Assembly: GCA_044869275.1 (NCBI GenBank)
Contig: JBIOXB010000223.1
Location: forward strand, 96,001 to 160,000
Source: a bacterium
GTDB lineage: Bacteria; Zhuqueibacterota; Zhuqueibacteria; Zhuqueibacterales; Zhuqueibacteraceae
Length of the DNA stretch: 64,000 nucleotides
Direction: 5' to 3'
Shown: piece after piece, positions 33,091-43,270 of the stretch
How the letters are laid out: each line of letters opens with the position of its first letter
How positions within the stretch are numbered: the stretch's first letter is position 1
The notes under the pieces: model-generated
Told to the model about the DNA's origin: nothing
The model's database searches: none
The model's input: the letters and a program-made list of their open reading frames with translations, nothing else
Position numbers and translations under genes: made by a program

Positions 33091-36000
33091 ATGATTAACA
33101 AAATAATCGAATATTGCGCGCATAATAAATTCCTGGTGTTTCTTTTCGTCGGCATGGCCGTGTTCGGCGGCATGTACGCGATGAACAACATCAGGCTCGA
33201 TGCCATTCCCGATCTGTCGGACACACAGGTGATCATCTACTCGCGATGGGACCGCAGCCCGGACATCATGGAAGATCAGGTCACCTACCCCATCATCCGA
33301 GCTTTGCTGGGTGCGCCCCGCGTGAAGGACATTCGCGGCTTTTCCGACTTCGGTTTCTCCTACGTCTATATCATCTTTGAGGACGGGACAGACATATATT
33401 GGGCGCGGTCACGAACCTTGGAGTACCTGAGCAGCATCCTGCCGAGGCTTCCTCAAGGGGTGCAGGTGGAATTGGCCAAGGACGCCACGGCGGTCGGCTG
33501 GGTGTTTCAATATGCCCTAGTGGATACGACCGGCAAACACAATCTGGCCCAACTGCGTTCGATCCAAGATTGGTTTTTGCGTTATGAAATTCAATCCATT
33601 CCCGGCGTGGCGGAAGTGGCGCCGGTCGGCGGATTTGTCCGCCAGTATCAAGTCAACCTCGATCCCAACGCCATTTTGGCATTCAAGATTCCGCTCGAAA
33701 CGGTCGTTGAAGCGATCCGCGAGAGCAACAACGATGTGGGTGGCCGGCTGGTGGAATTCACCGGTCGCGAATACATGGTGCGAGGCCGGGGTTACATCCG
33801 CTCCGTCGAAGATGTGGAGAACATCGTCGTCGCCAACAACATGGAAACCGGCACCCCCATTTTGGTGAAGCATCTGGGCCAGGTCGTGTTGGGGTCTGAC
33901 ATTCGGCGTGGGATTGCGGAGCTGGATGGTCAAGGCGAGACCGTAGGCGGGATTGTGATCATGCGGTTTGGGGAGAACGCCATGAAAGTGATCGAGCGCG
34001 TGCGTGCGAGGCTGGCCGAGATCGAACCGACATTGCCGGAAGGCGTCAAGATCGTCACGACCTATGATCGCGCGGATTTGATTGAGCGTTCGATTGAAAC
34101 GCTGAAAGGCACGCTCATTGAAGAAATGATCATCGTGAGCTTGGTGATTCTCATTTTCCTCTGGCATATTCCGAGCGCTCTCATTCCAGTGATCACCATT
34201 CCCATCGCCATCATCATTTCGTTCATCCCCATGTACGGGATGAACATCACGGCGAATATCATGTCGCTGGGCGGCATTGCCATTGCCATCGGCGCGATGG
34301 TCGACGCGGCGATTGTCGTGGTCGAACAGACGCATAAGCAGCTCGAACATTGGGACACAGAAGGGCGGCCGGGCAATTTCAAAGATGTCGTGATTGGCGC
34401 CGTCAAGGAAGTCGGTGGACCGAGCTTTTTTGCCTTGCTCGTGATTGCCGTCGCTTTTGTGCCGGTCTTCGCGCTGGAAGCCCAGGAGGGGCGAATGTTC
34501 AAGCCTTTGGCGTTCACGAAAAACTTCGCGATGGTGATTGCCGCGGTGCTGGCCATTACGCTCGACCCGGCCATTCGACTGCTCTTCACGCACATGAAGG
34601 AATACAATTTCCGGCCGCGCTGGCTGTGCCGAATCACCAACGCCGTTCTCGTCGGGAAAATTCACAGCGAGGAGAAGCATCCCATCAGCCGCCCGCTGAT
34701 GAGGATCTATGAGCCGGTCGTCAGGTTTGTGCTCCGGAGCCCCTGGCCCACTATTCTTGTCGCCGTGCTTATGGTATTGCTGACCGTTCCGGTCTTTTTC
34801 CGACTCGGCTCGGAGTTCATGCCGCCGCTCGATGAAGGCGTGTTGCTCTACATGCCGACGACCCTGCCCGGCATCTCCGTGACCGAGGCGCAAAAACTCT
34901 TGCAAGTGCAGGATAAAATTCTGAAATCATTTCCTGAAGTGGAGCGGGTTTTCGGCAAAGCGGGAAGAGCGGAAACCGCCACCGACCCGGCGCCATTTTC
35001 AATGATGGAGACGGTCGTTGTCCTCAAACCGCATGACGCGTGGCCAAAGAAACCGCGCTGGTATTCGAGCTGGGCGCCGGACTGGCTGCAAAGTATTTTC
35101 CGACGCGCCTGGCCCGATCACAAAAGCACGCAGGAGTTGATCTATGGCTCGGGCGGAATGAACGAGGCGTTGCTGCTTCCCGGCCAGGTCAACGCCTGGA
35201 CCATGCCCATCAAAGCCCGCATCGATATGCTGACCACAGGGATTCGCACGCCGGTCGGGATCAAAATTCTCGGCCCGGACTTGCAGAAGATCCAAGAGCT
35301 CGGCCAGCACATTGAGGTGGCTCTGACAGATGTGCCCGGCACGACGAGTGTTTTTGCCGAACGCACCGCCGGCGGCTACTTCTTGGACTTCACGCTTAAG
35401 CGTGAGGAATTGGCCCGCTATGGCCTCACGATTGGACAGGCCCAGATGGTCATCATGTCCGCGGTGGGAGGCGAGAATATCACCACGACGGTGGAGGGAC
35501 GGGAACGCTACGCGGTCAACGTGCGTTATATGCGCGACTATCGCAGCACAGTGGACCAGCTCGGCCGCGTCCTGGTTCCAACGATGAACAACGGGTCAAC
35601 GGCCCTTGCGGGCGCGCACATTCCACTTGCCCAAATTGCCGACATCAAGCTGCTGTCGGGGCCCGGCATGATTCGCGATGAAAATGGCCGCTTGAGTGGA
35701 TATGTTTACGTGGACATTGCGGGGCGCGACGTTGGCAGTTATGTGGAAGAGGCGAAAAAAGTGGTGCGCGAAAAGGTGCAGATGCCGGCGGGTTATACGA
35801 TCATGTGGAGCGGCCAGTATGAAAACATGCAGCGCGTCGCCGAAAAACTGGCGGTCGTCGTGCCGATCACGATCTTCATCATCTTTCTGTTGCTTTACTT
35901 CAACACGCGTTCGGTGGCCAAAACGCTGATCGTGTTTTTGGCGGTGCCGTTTTCCGCCGTCGGCGCAATTTGGTTTCTCTATCTTTTGGATTATAACATG

Positions 36001-36384
36001 AGCATTGCGGTTTGGGTCGGGCTGATTGCGCTGATGGGCGTCGATGCCGAGACCGGCGTGTTCATGTTGCTCTATCTCGATCTCGCCTACGACGAGCAAC
36101 GCGTCAAAGGTTTGATGAAAACGAGGGAACACTTGCGCGAGGCGATTGTGCACGGCGCGGTGAAACGGCTGCGGCCAAAATTCATGACCGTGGCGGTGAT
36201 GTTCATGGGACTCGTGCCCATCATGTGGTCGACCGGCGCCGGCGCGGATGTGATGAAGCGCATCGCCGCACCCATGGTCGGCGGCATCTTCACTTCGTTC
36301 ATCATGGAACTGGTGGTGTATCCGGCGATCTACATGGTATGGCGCTGGTATTTTCATGTGCGGAAAGAGGCGAAGATTGCTTGA
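33091..36384 (+). CDS. cusA: CusA heavy-metal RND permease
   Basis: LDAIPDLSDTQV, EDQVTYP, GAMVDAAIVVVE, GSEFMPPLDEG and DPAPFSMMET motifs. Confidence 0.97.
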   Translation: MINKIIEYCAHNKFLVFLFVGMAVFGGMYAMNNIRLDAIPDLSDTQVIIYSRWDRSPDIMEDQVTYPIIRALLGAPRVKDIRGFSDFGFSYVYIIFEDGTDIYWARSRTLEYLSSILPRLPQGVQVELAKDATAVGWVFQYALVDTTGKHNLAQLRSIQDWFLRYEIQSIPGVAEVAPVGGFVRQYQVNLDPNAILAFKIPLETVVEAIRESNNDVGGRLVEFTGREYMVRGRGYIRSVEDVENIVVANNMETGTPILVKHLGQVVLGSDIRRGIAELDGQGETVGGIVIMRFGENAMKVIERVRARLAEIEPTLPEGVKIVTTYDRADLIERSIETLKGTLIEEMIIVSLVILIFLWHIPSALIPVITIPIAIIISFIPMYGMNITANIMSLGGIAIAIGAMVDAAIVVVEQTHKQLEHWDTEGRPGNFKDVVIGAVKEVGGPSFFALLVIAVAFVPVFALEAQEGRMFKPLAFTKNFAMVIAAVLAITLDPAIRLLFTHMKEYNFRPRWLCRITNAVLVGKIHSEEKHPISRPLMRIYEPVVRFVLRSPWPTILVAVLMVLLTVPVFFRLGSEFMPPLDEGVLLYMPTTLPGISVTEAQKLLQVQDKILKSFPEVERVFGKAGRAETATDPAPFSMMETVVVLKPHDAWPKKPRWYSSWAPDWLQSIFRRAWPDHKSTQELIYGSGGMNEALLLPGQVNAWTMPIKARIDMLTTGIRTPVGIKILGPDLQKIQELGQHIEVALTDVPGTTSVFAERTAGGYFLDFTLKREELARYGLTIGQAQMVIMSAVGGENITTTVEGRERYAVNVRYMRDYRSTVDQLGRVLVPTMNNGSTALAGAHIPLAQIADIKLLSGPGMIRDENGRLSGYVYVDIAGRDVGSYVEEAKKVVREKVQMPAGYTIMWSGQYENMQRVAEKLAVVVPITIFIIFLLLYFNTRSVAKTLIVFLAVPFSAVGAIWFLYLLDYNMSIAVWVGLIALMGVDAETGVFMLLYLDLAYDEQRVKGLMKTREHLREAIVHGAVKRLRPKFMTVAVMFMGLVPIMWSTGAGADVMKRIAAPMVGGIFTSFIMELVVYPAIYMVWRWYFHVRKEAKIA

Positions 36385-36423
36385 GAATGAGCTTCTCGGG
36401 CCTTAAATCTTTTAGCCACTTTT

Positions 36424-36497
36424 CAACACAGAGGCACAGAGAACACAGACTTTCACGGAGATTTCGAAAGAACTCTGCGAATTGAAACTCAATGTTG
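36424..36497. repeat. 8/9-mer periodic repeat (CACAGAG units)
   Basis: CACAGAGG CACAGAGAA CACAGACTTT CACGGAGA ... CTCTGCG. Confidence 0.6.
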
Positions 36498-36510
36498 AGC
36501 GAGGGAAACT

Positions 36511-37005
36511 ATGACAAAAAGAAATTCCCTATTCTTAATTGCGGGAGTGCTGGTCGCGGGAGTGCTGGTCTTCTTCTTCTATCCCGGCATAAGATCGACG
36601 GATGGAAATTGCAAACTGTGCGCGGAAGAAATTCATGAAGGCATGCGTTATACCGTAGCGCTTTCGGATGGCGGTAAAATCAAAGCCTGCTGTCCCACCT
36701 GCGGTCTGCACTTGCAAGTTCACGATCCGGGCAAGGTCGCTTCCGCCTATGCCACCGACTATGCCTCCGGCAAGACTCTCGAAGCTGCTCAAGCTTTTTA
36801 CGTCGAAGGCAGCGATGCGCACCATTGTGATCCCCAGCGAGTAATGCGTAACGAGGTGGGTGGTGTCTACACCATGGACTGGCACCGATGCGATCCGGGC
36901 CTCGTCGCTTTCGGCTCACACCAGGCCGCTGCCGCCTTTGCAGCCCAGCATGGTGGGCGCGTTCTGAGTTTTGCAGAAGCGATAGCAGCTGTGAAAGCCC
37001 ATTGA
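36511..37005 (+). CDS. NosL-like copper chaperone
   Basis: CxxC, CCPTC, ATDY..G..LEA..AFYV.GS and VAF...AAAAFAAQHGGRVLSF signature. Confidence 0.8.
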   Translation: MTKRNSLFLIAGVLVAGVLVFFFYPGIRSTDGNCKLCAEEIHEGMRYTVALSDGGKIKACCPTCGLHLQVHDPGKVASAYATDYASGKTLEAAQAFYVEGSDAHHCDPQRVMRNEVGGVYTMDWHRCDPGLVAFGSHQAAAAFAAQHGGRVLSFAEAIAAVKAH

Positions 37006-37096
37006 AGATCATGCCTGCTGCAATCATCATTATTGTTTATGCGCGGCCTGGTAGTAGGCTGCGGCACTGCATTATCAAATCAAAGGAGCATCGATT

Positions 37097-37711
37097 ATGA
37101 AACACAAAATCCCTCTTCTGGTTATCGCCCCTCTATCCGTTGCGTTGAGCGGCGGCGCTTTGTTGGCGCAGGACCATCATCACGATCAGCATGGGCAGGA
37201 ATCTCAAGCCGGCCACTCGCACGCCAAGGCGGAGACTCACGGCGGCGAGGTGGCGATGACCAAAGCGCATCATTTTGAAGTCGTGTGGATGCCCGATCAC
37301 GTCATGGTTTATCTTTACGACGTGAATCAAAAGCCGTTGTCGGCCAAAGGTGTCACTGGCGAAGTTGTTTTCCAATTTAAAGACGGCAAGGAAGTAAAGG
37401 CGACGCTCACTTTGATGGAAGCCGGTAAAATGCAGATGATGAACGAGCATCATGCTGAGGGCGGCCAGCATGAGATGATGCACGGCAAAATGTCGAAGGA
37501 AGAAATGGAGGCCATGCACGAGCTCATGTCCAATCAGGATCATCTCATGGCCAGCGTCAACCTCGAGAATGTCAGGGAAGGCGAAGCCAAAGCGTCCTTC
37601 ACGCTTCAGGGTTTGCCCGACAAAGGCGAAAGCGAAGCGACGTTCACTTCAAAGTATAAAACGATGAGCACGATGCACCAAAAGTCGGAAAAGCACGAGC
37701 AGCATCATTGA
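37097..37711 (+). CDS. Exported His/Met-rich putative metal-binding protein
   Basis: Signal peptide; HHHDQH, HGGEV, MQMMNEHH and HEMMHGKM segments. Confidence 0.8.
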   Translation: MKHKIPLLVIAPLSVALSGGALLAQDHHHDQHGQESQAGHSHAKAETHGGEVAMTKAHHFEVVWMPDHVMVYLYDVNQKPLSAKGVTGEVVFQFKDGKEVKATLTLMEAGKMQMMNEHHAEGGQHEMMHGKMSKEEMEAMHELMSNQDHLMASVNLENVREGEAKASFTLQGLPDKGESEATFTSKYKTMSTMHQKSEKHEQHH

Positions 37712-37772
37712 ACAGAGCGCCTATTGACCGGTCACTCCGAGAGACCGGTCAATTCCCCAACCTCTTGCATTA

Positions 37773-38429
37773 ATGAGAACAACTTTTATTTTCACAACAT
37801 GGCTGGCCATCGCCCTCGGCCTGTTTGCGCCACGGAGGGCGGGAGCGCAGAACCCGGCGTCTGCGCCGGATGCCATCAAGACCGGAGCCGTGCTTTACTC
37901 GGAATTGCGTTGCGGGTTCTGCCATAATGTTTCGGCCGCTGGCGTGAATGTTCCGCCCTCTCTTGCAAATGCCGGTGACAAATTTCAGACTTCATGGATT
38001 GAAACTTATCTCAAAGCCCCTTATCGCCGGCGCTGGGCGAGTATGGGTGTGCGACCGGTTCTGCGCATGCCGAATTTTCTGTTGAGTGAAAATGAAACCC
38101 GGACGCTGGCTGCTTATCTCTCCTCGCAACACGACTCGACGCGCAGCAAAAGCCGTTCGCTTGAATTCCGGCAAAATGATTCAACTCGTGTCACGGAAGG
38201 AAAAGAGATTTACCAGGAATACGCCTGCTACGGTTGTCATAAAATCTCTGGCAATGGCGGCGAAATGGGGCCGGACTTAAGCGAAGTCGGAAGCCGATTG
38301 CAACCGGAGCATATAGCCGGGTTTTTGCAGAATCCGCAAGCGTTTATTCCAGGCAGTTCCATGAAAATTTCAGGACTTTGGGAAGAGGAAGTGCAAGCGT
38401 TGGCGGCATATTTGATGTCGCTCAAATGA
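37773..38429 (+). CDS. Dihaem c-type cytochrome
   Basis: CGFCH and CYGCH haem motifs, distal Met (RMP, SSM), signal peptide. Confidence 0.9.
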   Translation: MRTTFIFTTWLAIALGLFAPRRAGAQNPASAPDAIKTGAVLYSELRCGFCHNVSAAGVNVPPSLANAGDKFQTSWIETYLKAPYRRRWASMGVRPVLRMPNFLLSENETRTLAAYLSSQHDSTRSKSRSLEFRQNDSTRVTEGKEIYQEYACYGCHKISGNGGEMGPDLSEVGSRLQPEHIAGFLQNPQAFIPGSSMKISGLWEEEVQALAAYLMSLK

Positions 38430-38480
38430 GCTTTGAATACTGAAGCATTCAACTCAAATTCATTAGTGAGGAAGAGTCAA

Positions 38481-38960
38481 ATGAAAACGCGCCCTCTTGT
38501 TTGTTGCGTCAGTCTTGTTCTGTTCAGCGGGGTCTTCGCCCAGCCAAACAGTGACAACCAAGCCGCAGCCGTGATAGAGGTGCTGAGCAAGTACGCCGCT
38601 GCGCTGCAGAGCAAAAATCTTGCTGAAATCGAGAAGTACGTCGTCGCCACCGAGGCCTTCAGCATGTTCGAAGGCGGGCACATCAATTGGGGTTGGGCCG
38701 ATTATCGCGACAATCATCTCGGCCCCGAGCTGAAGGAATTCAAGTCCATTCAGTACGGCTTCATGGACATCAAGCCGAATGTGAGCGGCGAGGCGGCTTA
38801 CGCGACACTCAGATATCATATTGCCGTAAAAATGGAAGCACGCGACGTTGAGGGCGAGGGCTTGGCGACCGCGATATTAATGAAGACCGCCGAGGGGTGG
38901 AAGATTCAGCACATGCACACCTCGCGGATTCCACCGAAAGAGCCGGAAGAGAAAAAATGA
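38481..38960 (+). CDS. Exported SnoaL/NTF2-like (DUF4440) protein
   Basis: FEGGHINWGW..YRDNHLGPE...GWKIQHMHTS. Confidence 0.8.
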   Translation: MKTRPLVCCVSLVLFSGVFAQPNSDNQAAAVIEVLSKYAAALQSKNLAEIEKYVVATEAFSMFEGGHINWGWADYRDNHLGPELKEFKSIQYGFMDIKPNVSGEAAYATLRYHIAVKMEARDVEGEGLATAILMKTAEGWKIQHMHTSRIPPKEPEEKK

Positions 38961-39140
38961 AAGTTGTATCGCCAGCTCACTCATGACGAGAATTATTAAT
39001 TGTCGCACTGGATGTCACCGTTTGCTCTGCTGTTTCGTCTCTCTCTGTTTTCCGCGATGAAGAAAGAACTTCGCGATTTGGCAGTCATCATACAAGAAAA
39101 AAATGCAACGCGCATTTGAATCAAACGACAAGGAGAAGTT

Positions 39141-40871
39141 ATGCAAAGGAGACAAGCGCTGCAAAAAATGCTAAGCGCGATTTCTGGCTTTGTCGCCATC
39201 GGAAATGGGTTACCGGCCAAGTTGTTTGCACAAGCGGCGACGCCGGCCGGCAATGCGCTGCGCATGCCGTCGACGATTTCCGGCGGCGTGTTGACTTTGG
39301 CGCAAAGCAACGTGGTGGTATGGCCAAATACGACGACGCAGGTCGTCGCGATCAACAACTCGTATCCCGGCCCAACCGTTCGCATTCAAAAAGGACAAAC
39401 GCTCAATGTGGAGTTTCGCAACCAACTGAATCAGCCGTCCAACGTTCACTGGCATGGGCTGATCGTGCCTGAAAAGATGGATGGCCATCCCAAAGACGCG
39501 ATTGCGCCCGGCAGCTCGTACACGTATACTTTTCCCATCATCCAAAGGGCGGGCACTTACTTTTATCATGCGCATCCGCATGAGCAGACGGGTGCGCAAG
39601 TCTACAAAGGTTTCGCGGGGTTTTTTATCATCGACGATCCGGACGAAGCAAAGCTCGGTCTTCCTGCTGGCAATTACGATATTCCTTTGGTTATTCAAGA
39701 TCGGCGTGCGGCTTCCCAACCGCAGTTTACTTATAACCCGACGATGATGGAAGTGGTGGGCGGGTTTTTGGGCGATGTCGCTTTGGTCAACGGCACGCCC
39801 GACGCTTATCTGGAAGTGTCCCGCACGCTCTATCGCTTTCGTCTCTTGAACGGCTCGAATGCCAGAGTTTATAGGCTCGCCTTTTCCGACAACCGCGCGT
39901 TTCATGTGATTGGCACAGACGGCGGCTTAATTGATGCGCCGGTGCCGGTAGCTTCCAGCCTTTTGTCGCCTGGTGAGCGGGTGGATATCCTTGTCGATTT
40001 TTCCTCGAGCCAACTTGGACAATCCGTCTCGCTGAAATCCTTGCCCTTTGCAGCAGGCGGCATGGGAACGTATCGGCAGGGCATCGAAATGAATTTGCTC
40101 CGCTTCGAGGTGGCGCGTTCGGAATCATCGGGCGGAAAAATTCCCGCCAGTTTGACTCCCATCGCGTATTACAATCCCAATGACGCCGCGCGTACGCGAA
40201 CGTTTATGTTGACCATGCAGATGGCGATGAATGGCATGCATCAAATCAACGGCAAAGTTTTTGAGATGAATCGTATTGATGAAACCGTGCCGCTGCGAGA
40301 ACTGGAGAGATGGCAAATCGTCAATTACACCGATGAATTCCATCCGATGCACGTTCACGGCGTTTTGTTTCAGGTTTTAGATCGCAGCGGCAATCACAAC
40401 CTTGCGCCGGTTGACAAAGGCTGGAAAGATACGGTGCTCGTCAATCCGAATGAAACGGTCAACCTGCTGATCCGGTTTGACAACTATGCTGGGATTTACT
40501 TGCTGCACTGCCACAATCTGGAGCACGAAGACGACGGCATGATGCTGAACTTGCAAGTGGCCCAAATCACCGGCGTGACGGAGGATTCGCCCTTACCGCA
40601 GCGTTACGGCCTTCTGCATCAAAATCATCCAAATCCTTTCACCCACACCACAACAATCCGGTATGAAATCGCCACGCCGCAACCGGCTGCGGTTGATTTG
40701 AGGGTTTATGACAATCTCGGCAGGCAGGTCGCCGTGCTGGTACAGCAGCGCCAATCGTCGGGAATCTACGAAATTCCTTTTCGGGAAAATCAGCTTCCGG
40801 CAGGTGTTTATTTTGTTAAGCTTCAAGTCAATGGTTTTGTGTATTCCCAAGACATCCTATTGGCCAAGTGA
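39141..40871 (+). CDS. Multicopper oxidase (CueO-like) with twin-Arg signal and T9SS-type C-terminal domain
   Basis: HWHG, YHAH, HPMHVHG and HCHNLEHEDDGMM; N-terminus MQRRQAL; C-terminus QNHPNPF...GVYFVKL. Confidence 0.95.
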   Translation: MQRRQALQKMLSAISGFVAIGNGLPAKLFAQAATPAGNALRMPSTISGGVLTLAQSNVVVWPNTTTQVVAINNSYPGPTVRIQKGQTLNVEFRNQLNQPSNVHWHGLIVPEKMDGHPKDAIAPGSSYTYTFPIIQRAGTYFYHAHPHEQTGAQVYKGFAGFFIIDDPDEAKLGLPAGNYDIPLVIQDRRAASQPQFTYNPTMMEVVGGFLGDVALVNGTPDAYLEVSRTLYRFRLLNGSNARVYRLAFSDNRAFHVIGTDGGLIDAPVPVASSLLSPGERVDILVDFSSSQLGQSVSLKSLPFAAGGMGTYRQGIEMNLLRFEVARSESSGGKIPASLTPIAYYNPNDAARTRTFMLTMQMAMNGMHQINGKVFEMNRIDETVPLRELERWQIVNYTDEFHPMHVHGVLFQVLDRSGNHNLAPVDKGWKDTVLVNPNETVNLLIRFDNYAGIYLLHCHNLEHEDDGMMLNLQVAQITGVTEDSPLPQRYGLLHQNHPNPFTHTTTIRYEIATPQPAAVDLRVYDNLGRQVAVLVQQRQSSGIYEIPFRENQLPAGVYFVKLQVNGFVYSQDILLAK

Positions 40872-40883
40872 GGGGAATTGGTT

Positions 40884-43019
40884 ATGACTGAACACAAGAG
40901 GCCTCACCAGCCAAGTCATGCGGAGCACGCGCATCATGATCATCACAAAATGGATGAACGTAAAGCCGAGCCTCGTCACCAGCCGGATGAAAAAGCGCGC
41001 GATCATCATGCCCATCATAAAGTTGATGGACACAAAGCCGAGCCTCATCATCCGCCGGAAGGAAAAGCGCACGATCACCATGCCCATCATGTCGAAGATT
41101 TCAGAAAACGCTTCTGGATTTCGCTGGCGCTGACCGTGCCGATTCTTGCGCTCTCCCACATGTTTTGGGAGTTGTTCGGCTTGCAGGCGCTGGAATTTCC
41201 CGGCGCGCACTACGTGCTCTTCGTTTTTTCCTCGGCAGGCTATTTTTACGGCGGCTGGCCTTTTCTCAAAGGCTTGTTCAATGAGCTGCGGCTGAAAAAC
41301 CCAGGGATGATGACCCTCATCGCCGTGGCGATCACCGTGGCTTATGTTTACAGCAGCGCCGTCGTGTTCGGCCTAGCGGGCATGATTTTCTTTTGGGAAA
41401 CCGCCACACTCATCGACATCATGCTGCTCGGACATTGGATTGAAATGAAATCGGTGATGGGCGCTTCACGCGCGCTCGAAGAGCTGGCGAGATTGATGCC
41501 TGCGGATGCGCACAAGCGCATGCCCGATGGCAGCATTCAGGATGTGCCTTTGAACGAGCTGGTGGCGGGCGATCGCGTCTTGATCAAGCCGGGAGAAAAA
41601 ATCGCTGCGGATGGAGAAGTGGTCGACGGCGAAACTTCCGTGAATGAAGCGATGCTCACCGGCGAATCCAAACCGGTTTACAAAACGGCCGGCGCTCAGG
41701 TTATTGGCGGCGCGATCAACGGTGAGGGCTCGATCGTCATTGAGGTGAAAAAGACCGGCAAAGATTCGTTTCTCTCGCAAGTCATCAGGCTGGTCGAAGA
41801 GGCGCAACAAAGCAAATCGAAGACACAGGATTTGGCCAATCGCGCCGCGCGCTGGTTGACCTTCATCGCCCTCGCTGGTGGTGCCATCACGCTTTTTGTA
41901 TGGCTGGCGATCATGCACAAAGATTTTGCTTTTGCGCTCGAAAGAACCGTCACGGTGATGGTCATCACCTGCCCGCATGCCCTCGGGCTTGCCGTGCCAT
42001 TAGTCGTTGCCGTTTCCACCGCGCTTTCGGCACGCAATGGTCTGTTGATCAGAAATCGCGCCGCTTTTGAACGGGCAAGAAACATTCAGGCCATTATCTT
42101 CGACAAAACCGGCACATTAACTGAAGGAAAATTTGGTGTCACCGATATCCTGGCTTTGGGCGGAAACCTCGATGAAAAAGAGTTGCTCAAATATGCTGCC
42201 TCAATAGAAGTTCATTCTGAGCATCCTATTGCCAAAGGCATCGTCGCCTCAGCCTCAGAGACTTTGCCCATTGAAGGATTCAAAGCGATTCCAGGCAAAG
42301 GCGCGCAGGGCAAAGTCAACGGCGTCGAGGTGAAGGTGGTGAGTCCGGGATATCTCAGAGAGCAAAACATTTCGAGGGCAGATGGACGGCTCGAAAAACT
42401 CACGGCTCAAGGAAAAACGGTGATCTTTGTGCTGATGAATAATGAGCTCAAAGGCGCCATTGCCCTTGCCGACATCATCAGGCCGGAATCCAAGCCAGCC
42501 ATCGCCAGGCTCAAAGAAATGGGCATCCGCTGCATGATGCTCACTGGCGACAACAAGCAGGTTGCCCAATGGGTTGCCGAAGAATTGCAGCTCGACGAAT
42601 ACTTTGCCGAAGTGTTGCCACAAGAAAAGGCTGCGAAAATCAAAGAGGTGCAATCACGTGGACTCGTGGTGGCCATGACTGGCGATGGTGTTAATGATGC
42701 TCCGGCTCTGGCTCAGGCCGATGTGGGGATCGCTATCGGCGCGGGCACGGATGTCGCTGTGGAAACTGCCGACATCATTCTCGTGCGCAGCAATCCTTTG
42801 GATGTGGTGGCCAGCATCGGTCTGGCGCGCGCCACGTTCAAAAAGATGGTGCAGAATCTCGTCTGGGCGACAGGTTACAACGCTTTTGCCATTCCGCTTG
42901 CTGCCGGTGTGTTGTATCGGTCCGGCATCCTCCTCAGTCCGGCGATGGGCGCCGTGCTGATGTCTCTCAGCACGGTGATCGTGGCCATCAATGCAAGATT
43001 TTTAAAAGTAGTGAAATAA
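40884..43019 (+). CDS. copB: P1B-type copper ATPase (CopB, CPH subtype)
   Basis: His-rich N-terminus, TGES, CPHALGLA, DKTGTLT, SEHP, GDGVNDAP, YN and MSLS motifs. Confidence 0.95.
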   Translation: MTEHKRPHQPSHAEHAHHDHHKMDERKAEPRHQPDEKARDHHAHHKVDGHKAEPHHPPEGKAHDHHAHHVEDFRKRFWISLALTVPILALSHMFWELFGLQALEFPGAHYVLFVFSSAGYFYGGWPFLKGLFNELRLKNPGMMTLIAVAITVAYVYSSAVVFGLAGMIFFWETATLIDIMLLGHWIEMKSVMGASRALEELARLMPADAHKRMPDGSIQDVPLNELVAGDRVLIKPGEKIAADGEVVDGETSVNEAMLTGESKPVYKTAGAQVIGGAINGEGSIVIEVKKTGKDSFLSQVIRLVEEAQQSKSKTQDLANRAARWLTFIALAGGAITLFVWLAIMHKDFAFALERTVTVMVITCPHALGLAVPLVVAVSTALSARNGLLIRNRAAFERARNIQAIIFDKTGTLTEGKFGVTDILALGGNLDEKELLKYAASIEVHSEHPIAKGIVASASETLPIEGFKAIPGKGAQGKVNGVEVKVVSPGYLREQNISRADGRLEKLTAQGKTVIFVLMNNELKGAIALADIIRPESKPAIARLKEMGIRCMMLTGDNKQVAQWVAEELQLDEYFAEVLPQEKAAKIKEVQSRGLVVAMTGDGVNDAPALAQADVGIAIGAGTDVAVETADIILVRSNPLDVVASIGLARATFKKMVQNLVWATGYNAFAIPLAAGVLYRSGILLSPAMGAVLMSLSTVIVAINARFLKVVK

Positions 43020-43055
43020 GTGAGGCGCAAAAGATAAGAAGAAAGGAGATTATCC

Positions 43056-43232
43056 ATGCCCAAGCTCAAATGCGAAAAATGTGGCCATGAGGAAAATGTT
43101 CCCCAACATTGTGGCCAACCCATGCACCGCGAGAAGGTAAATGGCACTGACATGCTGGTTTGCTGGATGGGGCCGGAGTGTGGCAAGCAAGCCATTCCCA
43201 AACATTGCGGCGAACCGATGGCGGTAAAATAA
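43056..43232 (+). CDS. 58-aa Cys/His-rich small protein (not in the ORF track)
   Basis: AAGGAG RBS; MPKLKCEKCGHEENVPQHCGQPMHREKVNGTDMLVCWMGPECGKQAIPKHCGEPMAVK. Confidence 0.85.
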   Translation: MPKLKCEKCGHEENVPQHCGQPMHREKVNGTDMLVCWMGPECGKQAIPKHCGEPMAVK

Positions 43233-43270
43233 TCTTTTTGATCTCCAACGAGAGCACTCCATCGATTTAG

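Noticed and set aside
33517..34905. Long antisense ORFs (also 970-2253, 52025-53176, 56886-57947)
   Set aside because: They mirror well-supported genes on the opposite strand, as expected from GC-rich codon usage.
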